Shown: positions 1 to 4,740 of the stretch, piece by piece
How the letters are laid out: each line of letters opens with the position of its first letter
Numbering within the stretch: position 1 is the first letter of the stretch
Virus record (IMG/VR): IMGVR_UViG_2671180283_000007
Length of the DNA stretch: 4,740 nt
Strand: one strand, 5' to 3'
Source: a virus
Taxonomy: Duplodnaviria > Heunggongvirae > Uroviricota > Caudoviricetes
Position numbers and translations under genes: made by a program
Notes under the pieces: model-generated
Seen by the model: the letters and a program-made list of their open reading frames with translations, nothing else
What the model was told of the DNA's origin: nothing
Database searches by the model: none

Positions 1-25
1 CTTGTTCACTCATTCTGAATGCCAT
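1..25 (-). CDS. tfa: Tail fibre assembly protein Tfa, 5' end only (first 8 codons MAFRMSEQ); continues beyond the window
   Basis: Minus-strand ATG at 23..25 overlaps the stf stop TAA (25..27) as TAATG. The 8 codons readable to the window edge (MAFRMSEQ) match the N-terminus of lambda-family Tfa as I recall it, and the position immediately 3' of stf is the canonical tfa location. Only 25 nt are visible. Confidence 0.55.
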
Positions 26-3000
26 TATGCAAGCCTCACAATATAGTTAAATGCGATGTTTTTGACGGTGTTTTCCGCGTTACCCACAGCGTTAACGGTG
101 ATGGTGTGTCCATGTGAACCAATCGCAACGGAGTGCGTATGAGCACCAATACCGACAGTATGCGCGTGTGCACCTGCAGATGCTGCTGTGCCGGACAGTG
201 AGTGGCTATGATTACCATCTGTACTGGTATTAGCTAACCACCCCGTAGACATACCTACTGAGCCTTGTACACCCCAGGTATTTTGACCTGAGCTTGTATA
301 ACCATATTGATAAGTATCTTTAAAAACACTGGGGTTAAATCGACGGCCATCTCTATGGCTGTGATTACCAGCTGCATTCGTGCTGCCACTTAAACTATGA
401 GTATGCGCACCAGTGTTATTCGTGGATTTAGTGCCGTAATCAAACGATGATGTGGTTTTCGTACCCAAATCCGTACTGGATACGCTGGCGCTGTGGGTGT
501 GCGATTTAATGCCGTCCTGTTCCTGAGACAATACGGCACGACCACTGGCGGGCTTGCCCTTAATCGTCCAGCCACGCATATCAGGGATCACGCCTGACGG
601 ATAAGCGGCCGCAAGTTTCGGGTAAGCAGATTTGTCAAAAGTCTGCCCCTGCATCAGGGCATAACCAGACGGAACGGTATCTGATGGCCACGGGATTGGT
701 GCGCCGACTGGGTAGCTTTCTGGTGGAAGATTTTTCGAGGTATAAACTTCTGCCCAGTCTTCCTCAAAACCATAACCGTCTCTTGAAGAACGGTAGAACA
801 GACCACGATTTATGTAATGCGCCTTCATCTGCAAGGTCCGGCAACTTCCGACTCCGGTATAGAAGTTAACCAGAATATAGCTGTCGCCAGAGCGGGTGAC
901 ATTATAAGCGCCTGATTCGGCATTCCAGGGAACGCCACCATCCGCATCGGCATATGTATCCGTTGCCCTTCTGGCAAAAGCAGCCACATGCGCGGCGGTT
1001 AAAGTAATATCTTTGGAACCATCAAACTCAACACCAGAAACCCGTCTTGGCGTTTGCAGCTTTGTTGCTGTCAATGCGTTACCGTTCAGACTTGCAGACA
1101 GCTTGGTTCCAATAACCAGTTCGCCGGTTGCGTTATCAATAGCAAACGGTCTTAATGTATTCCATCCACCATAAACATCACCTTGATTGGTAAGCAGCAG
1201 GTAAGTTTTAGCGCCATCATTACGCCATAATGCCCCATACTCCCCACCTATCATTCGAATCTGATTACCACCACGCGCTACAATTTCGTCTGTGGCAAAA
1301 AGTTTTTTGCACGACAAGTTATCGTTAACGATTAACGAATGGGACTCATAAAAACCACGCCCATTCTTAAAATCAAGGATAACGTCCGCCGCGATACATT
1401 CAGTCGCCGGATTTGTTGCCCCAAACTTATAGGTCGTATCATTAACAACGAGATCAGCACCAGGTGCGGATATTGACAGGCCATCTTCGATAAACGCAAA
1501 AACAGGGAAAGCAGCGCCATCAACATAGAACACAGAGCGCAAATCATCGCCCTTATTACTCATCATTATTGAGTGGATGGCTCGTTCATTGTTTTGATAT
1601 TGCCAGAACATTCCATAAGCATAACGCCCCCTGTCAGTCCAGCCACCAGGCATAACAAATCCGTTAAACTCGCAGTTATTCATCGGATCGCCTGCGGTTC
1701 GCGTTGCCGTGGTGATAATGACCCTTGATGCCAGTTCGCTTACTGAGCCAGCAGAACGCATAACAACAACAGGATAATATTTTCCAGATGTTGCACCTGC
1801 AGGAGCGTTAACCCGCACATAACGCATACCACGCTTATCAGCAAAGTCTGTTTTACTGACCGCGTTAATGTTGTTCAGGAAGCGTCCCTTATCGGGTATA
1901 TCAGCGCCGTTCTGGTCTTTCTGCAGACGTTTCTCTGCATTGTCATAGGCTGCTTTTACTGCCTTTGGCGTTGCCGCCAGCGTTTCAGACGTGCTGTTGG
2001 TCGCGCTGCTGAGCTGTACTATCCCCTTTTTCGTCGTACTTGCATCCTCAAGCGCCACGGCGGATGCAATATCCTCTGCCCGTTTAGCTGCTGTCTCGGC
2101 GCGCGTTGCCGCGGATTCCGCCGTACTTTTGCTCTGAGCTGCCGCCGTCGCACTGCCAGCTGCCTCTGTCGCCTTCGTGGATGCCGTCGTGGCGCTGCTC
2201 TTCGCTGCTGACGCCTGTCTGGTCGCCTCATCTTTTGAAGCAGACGCAGATGATGCCGATGACGCCGCCGAACTGGCGGACGATGCGGCAGCCGTTTTTG
2301 AGGATTCTGCGCTGGTTTCCGACGCTTTCGCGTTCGTTTCGGATGTCTTCGCTGCGGAAGCAGACCTCGCTGCTGCGCTGGCCTGTTCAGTGGCTTCGCC
2401 AGCCTTCGTTGTGGCTGTTGAAGCAGACGATGCGGCGCTTTCTGCCGATTTTCCGGCGGCGGTGGCACTGGCTGAGGCCTGCCCGGCACTTGTTGACGCT
2501 GCACTGGCAGACGACGCAGCCGCTGTTTTTGAGCCTGCCGCAGCCGAGGCGCTCTGTCCCGCTGCCGTTTCAGAAGACCTGGCGTTCGTCTCTGACGTTT
2601 TTGCCGCCTTCGCGGAATTTGCTGTCGCCGTTGCCGAGGAAGCTGCGCTGCTGGCGCTCGAGGCTGCGCTCGTTTCTGATGATTTTGCCGCCTCTTTTGA
2701 AGCTGACGCATCCCGGGCTGAGGTGGCAGCTTCTGACGCTTTCGTGGTCGCGGTGGATGCAGAAGTGGCTGCTGATTGTTGTGACGCTGCCGCATTCGTT
2801 TCTGACGTTTTCGCGGCACTGGCACTGGTAGCTGCCGCGCTTTTTGAGGACTCTGCAGCAGCAGCACTTTTCGATGCTTCAGTGGCCTTTGTTGATGCCG
2901 TTCCTGCGCTGGAAGACGCTGACTGAGCCGACGAAGCGGCCTGTCCGGCTGACGTGCTGGCTGCGCGTGCTGAGCCTGCAGCATCAGTCGCATGGGTTGC

Positions 3001-3423
3001 CGCCTCACGGGCAGATGTGCCGGCATCGCCGGCTGACTTCTTCGCGGCTGCCGTGTTCTGTGCCACTGCGGACGCGTTACGCGCCACCTCTTCCACCATC
3101 AGTTCAAAACGGCGCAGTGCCTCTGGCCGGACATCATCCTCCGTCATTGCACCGAGGAAATCATTCAGTGTGCCCGGCTTTGAGTCCTCATATACGGTGA
3201 TAATCCCGGCGTGTGACGGCGGGAATCCCTCCACCAACAGACTGACGCTGTACTGACCATACTCGACGTCCATTGTGTAACGCCCGGCTTCATCCGGGTT
3301 TTCTGAGGCCACTGTGTTCACCACCACCGTGGTGCTGTTGCGCCTGGCCTTTAGCTGAATGGTGCAGTTTTGTATCGGCTTACCTGCGCCATCTTTCAGT
3401 ACACCTGAAATCCGTACTGCCAT
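25..3423 (-). CDS. stf: Side tail fibre protein, lambda Stf family, 1132 aa, intact and mosaic
   Basis: Single uninterrupted 1132-codon ORF in the track. The N-terminus ([36 protein letters not shown]...) and the C-terminal ~226 aa (GAPIPWPSD...[39 protein letters not shown]) resemble lambda Stf as I recall it. Context is lom upstream and tfa downstream on the same strand. ATG at 3421..3423 is preceded by a G-rich Shine-Dalgarno sequence. Confidence 0.93.
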   Translation of the reverse strand: MAVRISGVLKDGAGKPIQNCTIQLKARRNSTTVVVNTVASENPDEAGRYTMDVEYGQYSVSLLVEGFPPSHAGIITVYEDSKPGTLNDFLGAMTEDDVRPEALRRFELMVEEVARNASAVAQNTAAAKKSAGDAGTSAREAATHATDAAGSARAASTSAGQAASSAQSASSSAGTASTKATEASKSAAAAESSKSAAATSASAAKTSETNAAASQQSAATSASTATTKASEAATSARDASASKEAAKSSETSAASSASSAASSATATANSAKAAKTSETNARSSETAAGQSASAAAGSKTAAASSASAASTSAGQASASATAAGKSAESAASSASTATTKAGEATEQASAAARSASAAKTSETNAKASETSAESSKTAAASSASSAASSASSASASKDEATRQASAAKSSATTASTKATEAAGSATAAAQSKSTAESAATRAETAAKRAEDIASAVALEDASTTKKGIVQLSSATNSTSETLAATPKAVKAAYDNAEKRLQKDQNGADIPDKGRFLNNINAVSKTDFADKRGMRYVRVNAPAGATSGKYYPVVVMRSAGSVSELASRVIITTATRTAGDPMNNCEFNGFVMPGGWTDRGRYAYGMFWQYQNNERAIHSIMMSNKGDDLRSVFYVDGAAFPVFAFIEDGLSISAPGADLVVNDTTYKFGATNPATECIAADVILDFKNGRGFYESHSLIVNDNLSCKKLFATDEIVARGGNQIRMIGGEYGALWRNDGAKTYLLLTNQGDVYGGWNTLRPFAIDNATGELVIGTKLSASLNGNALTATKLQTPRRVSGVEFDGSKDITLTAAHVAAFARRATDTYADADGGVPWNAESGAYNVTRSGDSYILVNFYTGVGSCRTLQMKAHYINRGLFYRSSRDGYGFEEDWAEVYTSKNLPPESYPVGAPIPWPSDTVPSGYALMQGQTFDKSAYPKLAAAYPSGVIPDMRGWTIKGKPASGRAVLSQEQDGIKSHTHSASVSSTDLGTKTTSSFDYGTKSTNNTGAHTHSLSGSTNAAGNHSHRDGRRFNPSVFKDTYQYGYTSSGQNTWGVQGSVGMSTGWLANTSTDGNHSHSLSGTAASAGAHAHTVGIGAHTHSVAIGSHGHTITVNAVGNAENTVKNIAFNYIVRLA
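28..705 (-). other. Stf C-terminal tip module (aa 907-1132), lambda-type, with His-rich HxH repeats; predicted receptor-binding region
   Basis: Begins at GAPIPWPSD (codon G907 at 703..705, checked by hand). Contains SHTHS, GAHTHS, GNHSH (twice), [27 protein letters not shown]. HxH repeats of this kind coordinate metal ions in trimeric fibre tips such as T4 gp37 (established knowledge); assignment here is by analogy. Confidence 0.6.
706..1953 (-). other. Stf central module (aa 491-906) that differs from the lambda-type fibre; visibly more AT-rich DNA than the flanking stf segments
   Basis: Protein composition switches from an Ala/Ser/Thr shaft to an aromatic/Asn/Gly-rich block with several Cys (e.g. 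[38 protein letters not shown]). The DNA in roughly 1100-1700 is clearly AT-richer by eye than 2100-2900. Contains [30 protein letters not shown], reminiscent of a motif shared among P2/Mu/T-even-type fibres (from memory). Module boundaries are approximate. Confidence 0.5.
2075..3065 (-). repeat. Ala/Ser/Thr-rich low-complexity shaft of Stf (aa ~120-450) with three imperfect 70-84-aa repeats
   Basis: AAKTSETNA recurs at aa 203-211, 273-281 and 357-365. The corresponding plus-strand DNA (cgttcgtttcggatgtcttcgc ~2330-2355, cgttcgtctctgacgtttttgc ~2585-2607, cattcgtttctgacgttttcgc ~2795-2817) is visibly repeated. This GC-rich, codon-biased stretch is what produces long stop-free ORFs in the other frames. 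Confidence 0.65.
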
Positions 3424-3426
3424 ATT

Positions 3427-3432
3427 CCCCCC
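3427..3432 (-). promoter_or_regulatory. Probable Shine-Dalgarno sequence of stf (GGGGGG on the minus strand)
   Basis: Minus strand reads GTGGGGGGAAT-ATG; the G-run ends 3 nt upstream of the stf ATG at 3421..3423. Confidence 0.4.
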
Positions 3433-3434
3433 AC

Positions 3435-3460
3435 AAAAAAGCCCGCCTGAACCGGCGGGC
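3435..3460 (-). terminator. Rho-independent terminator downstream of lom (minus-strand orientation)
   Basis: Perfect 7-bp all-GC stem (plus 3441-3447 gcccgcc pairs with 3454-3460 ggcgggc), 6-nt loop tgaacc, followed on the minus strand by TTTTTT (plus 3435-3440 aaaaaa). It lies 28 nt 3' of the lom stop and ends about 12 nt before the stf ATG. Confidence 0.7.
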
Positions 3461-3487
3461 TGTCATAACACTGTGTTACCTGGCTAA

Positions 3488-4087
3488 TCAGAATTTATAA
3501 CCGACACCAACGATGAAACTGTTGGTACGCCAGTCACCGCTGCCGGAGCCTTCATAAGCGACGTCAACGGCCACGGATTCGGTCGGGTTAAACTGCACGC
3601 CAGCTCCCCACGCCAGAGACGTGTTGCTGTGGCGACCGTCATCACTTCCGGTCAGCACATCGTGCGTTTTCCCCTTGTTGTCAGTTACGCGGATATAATC
3701 CCCGGAGAAAGTCGACACACGGCTGTAAGCCATACCCGCCATCGCATACGCGCTGAACCATTCATTCACGCGCACAGACGGCCCCGCCATCACGCTGAAC
3801 CAGCGATTACGCACGGAATCCTCATGCCAGCGGGTATCGCTGTAATGCGTTTTTTGCTCATCTTCAGCGTTGGCATAACTGAATGACGTAATCAGCCCCA
3901 GCGTGTCCGTAAACTCATAACGGTATTTCACGTTAATCCCGTTCAGATTATCGCTGCCGGGAGCGTTCGTACGGGCATGAAGATACCCTGCGCTCAGTGT
4001 GGCCTGCTGCTCAGACGCCCATGCAGGCGCACCGGATACGGCCAGACAGATGGCTGCGGACAAAATGGCTGCACAAACTTTACGCAT
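3488..4087 (-). CDS. lom: Lom outer-membrane protein (Ail/Lom/PagC/OmpX 8-stranded beta-barrel family), 199 aa, intact
   Basis: ORF begins MRKVCAAILSAAICLAVSGAPAWA/SEQQ, a typical Sec signal peptide with an AxA cleavage motif, and ends with the C-terminal aromatic residue (...VGVGYKF) expected of a beta-barrel. Overall it resembles lambda Lom as I recall it. It sits between J and stf as in lambda, with a GAGAGGT Shine-Dalgarno 4 nt upstream of the ATG. Confidence 0.9.
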   Translation of the reverse strand: MRKVCAAILSAAICLAVSGAPAWASEQQATLSAGYLHARTNAPGSDNLNGINVKYRYEFTDTLGLITSFSYANAEDEQKTHYSDTRWHEDSVRNRWFSVMAGPSVRVNEWFSAYAMAGMAYSRVSTFSGDYIRVTDNKGKTHDVLTGSDDGRHSNTSLAWGAGVQFNPTESVAVDVAYEGSGSGDWRTNSFIVGVGYKF

Positions 4088-4091
4088 AATT

Positions 4092-4098
4092 ACCTCTC
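4092..4098 (-). promoter_or_regulatory. Shine-Dalgarno sequence of lom (GAGAGGT on the minus strand)
   Basis: Minus strand reads GAGAGGT-AATT-ATG, with the ATG at 4085..4087. Confidence 0.55.
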
Positions 4099-4111
4099 GC
4101 TTTTCTGCAAT

Positions 4112-4135
4112 AAAAAAGGCGCCATTTCTGGCGCC
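4112..4135 (-). terminator. Rho-independent terminator between the J-like ORF and lom (minus-strand orientation)
   Basis: 7-bp stem (plus 4118-4124 ggcgcca pairs with 4129-4135 tggcgcc), 4-nt loop tttc, followed on the minus strand by TTTTTT (plus 4112-4117) then ATT. It starts 20 nt 3' of the J-like stop (4155..4157). Confidence 0.7.
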
Positions 4136-4154
4136 CGTATATGGGTTATAAAAT

Positions 4155-4691
4155 TCAGCTGATACTGATGCCTGCGGTGGCTTTCTTCATCACCACAACC
4201 AGCAAATCGCTGATACTTGCTGTGGGATACCAGTCATTTACCAGCCATGCTGACACCGAAAACTCCAGCGTCATGTGGCCGTGACCAGCTGGCATATCAA
4301 TAACACCACTGTAAATCAGCGTATTATCCAGCGCGGTACGGTTATAAATTTCAGCACCATTTTTCTTCACTATCAGGCGGCATGAGGAGTAAATATCAGT
4401 ATGCTCTCTCTCATGTTTAGCACCGCTGAATGCCACCGCCGGAATAACAATCTGCCGGTCAAACGGCTGATCGTCATAAATCCTGACGGTAATGGTCCCT
4501 GATGGCCACCGCTCCGGTGCCCGGGAGTCCCGCGGGAAAGCCTTACCCACTGTTTTGACAATATCGCCTTCAATCTGGTTGGCTGACAGTTTCCCTTTAA
4601 TCTGACAGTTCTCATTTATCGTAACGTTGTTGAGCGTCCCGGAGTTCGCAGTAAGCGACTCGTCAGAACCGTATTGATATTTACTGAGAGC
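4155..4691 (-). CDS. J: C-terminal portion of a lambda J-like tail-tip host-specificity protein; 5' boundary unresolved (in-frame TGA at ~4692..4694, no ATG in frame)
   Basis: The track ORF 4155..4550 is in a frame that my hand translation keeps open upstream to 4691 ([62 protein letters not shown]...[10 protein letters not shown]). It ends 67 nt upstream of lom on the same strand, exactly where the 3' end of J lies in lambda. Identity as J is from context plus general resemblance and is not verified by alignment. Confidence 0.7.
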   Translation of the reverse strand, partial: ALSKYQYGSDESLTANSGTLNNVTINENCQIKGKLSANQIEGDIVKTVGKAFPRDSRAPERWPSGTITVRIYDDQPFDRQIVIPAVAFSGAKHEREHTDIYSSCRLIVKKNGAEIYNRTALDNTLIYSGVIDMPAGHGHMTLEFSVSAWLVNDWYPTASISDLLVVVMKKATAGISIS

Positions 4692-4740
4692 TCAGATCAA
4701 CTTTCCAGGGCAACAGATCGCGTACCCGGTTTGCCGGCCA

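Noticed and set aside
2019-3256. Long ORFs in other frames overlapping stf (2019..3026 minus, 335 aa, Arg/Gln/Pro-rich; 2106..2831 plus, 241 aa; 2177..2926 plus, 249 aa, Ala/Asp-rich; 2844..3200 plus; 2954..3256 plus)
   Set aside because: All lie within the GC-rich, Ala/Ser/Thr-codon repeat region of stf. Their compositions are exactly what off-frame and antisense reading of GCN/TCN/ACN-rich sequence produces, they lack convincing start contexts, and the stf frame is the one with recognisable family features.
25-3423. Invertase (Pin/Gin/Cin-type) crossover site or diversity-generating retroelement target in the stf 3' region
   Set aside because: I looked for gix/cix-like TTnnnnnAAACCnnGGTTTnnnnnAA sites and found none. 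No reverse transcriptase or template repeat is present, and the stf C-terminus is a single lambda-type tip followed directly by tfa.
3427-3432. C6/G6 homopolymer at the stf ribosome-binding site as a phase-variation tract
   Set aside because: Six nucleotides is shorter than tracts that typically undergo slipped-strand phase variation; it is more simply a G-rich Shine-Dalgarno.
4088-4154. Sigma70 promoter for lom in the J-lom gap (TTGCAG and TATAAC-like hexamers)
   Set aside because: The TTGCAG sits too close to the ATG to leave room for a -10 and leader, and the TATAAC-like element lies upstream of the terminator hairpin, so a transcript from it would terminate before lom.
36-4615. Short ORFs of 60-85 aa at 36..218, 390..575, 684..869, 1332..1547, 3273..3500, 3629..3886, 3977..4162 and 4373..4615
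   Set aside because: Each is embedded in or antisense to stf, lom or the J-like ORF, with no Shine-Dalgarno or recognisable features; 4373..4615 is an alternative frame of the J region.
4687-4692. SacI site (gagctc) next to the J-frame stop as a sign of an engineered junction
   Set aside because: A single 6-bp site is expected by chance in a window of this size, and no vector-like sequence is recognisable.
1-4740. CRISPR arrays, tRNA or other RNA genes, IS elements or transposases, toxin-antitoxin or defence-system genes
   Set aside because: No direct-repeat/spacer structure, no tRNA-like sequence, no terminal inverted repeats or transposase-like ORF were seen. The window is fully accounted for by the J'-lom-stf-tfa' tail-fibre cassette.

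Overview
This window is the distal tail-fibre locus of a lambda-like (lambdoid) phage or prophage, probably from an E. coli-type enterobacterium, with every real gene on the minus strand. Reading 5'->3' on the minus strand (high to low coordinates): the C-terminal part of a J-like host-specificity protein (4155..4691), an intrinsic terminator, an intact lom outer-membrane 'moron' gene (3488..4087), a second intrinsic terminator, a full-length mosaic side tail fibre gene stf (25..3423, 1132 aa), and the first 8 codons of tfa (1..25) overlapping the stf stop. I did not find a novel or undescribed system here: no CRISPR array, RNA gene, transposase, invertase crossover site or defence-like gene is visible. 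The points worth a second look are the mosaic architecture of Stf, an apparent in-frame TGA in the J-like frame near the window edge, and the terminator-insulated lom cassette. The long plus-strand and alternative-frame ORFs inside 2019..3256 are frame artefacts of the Ala/Ser/Thr-rich stf repeat region. All protein-family assignments rest on my recollection of lambda J, Lom, Stf and Tfa and need confirmation by database search. My base-level reading near 4550-4561 disagreed by 1 nt with the ORF-track coordinates, so coordinates I derived by hand in the J region are +/-1.
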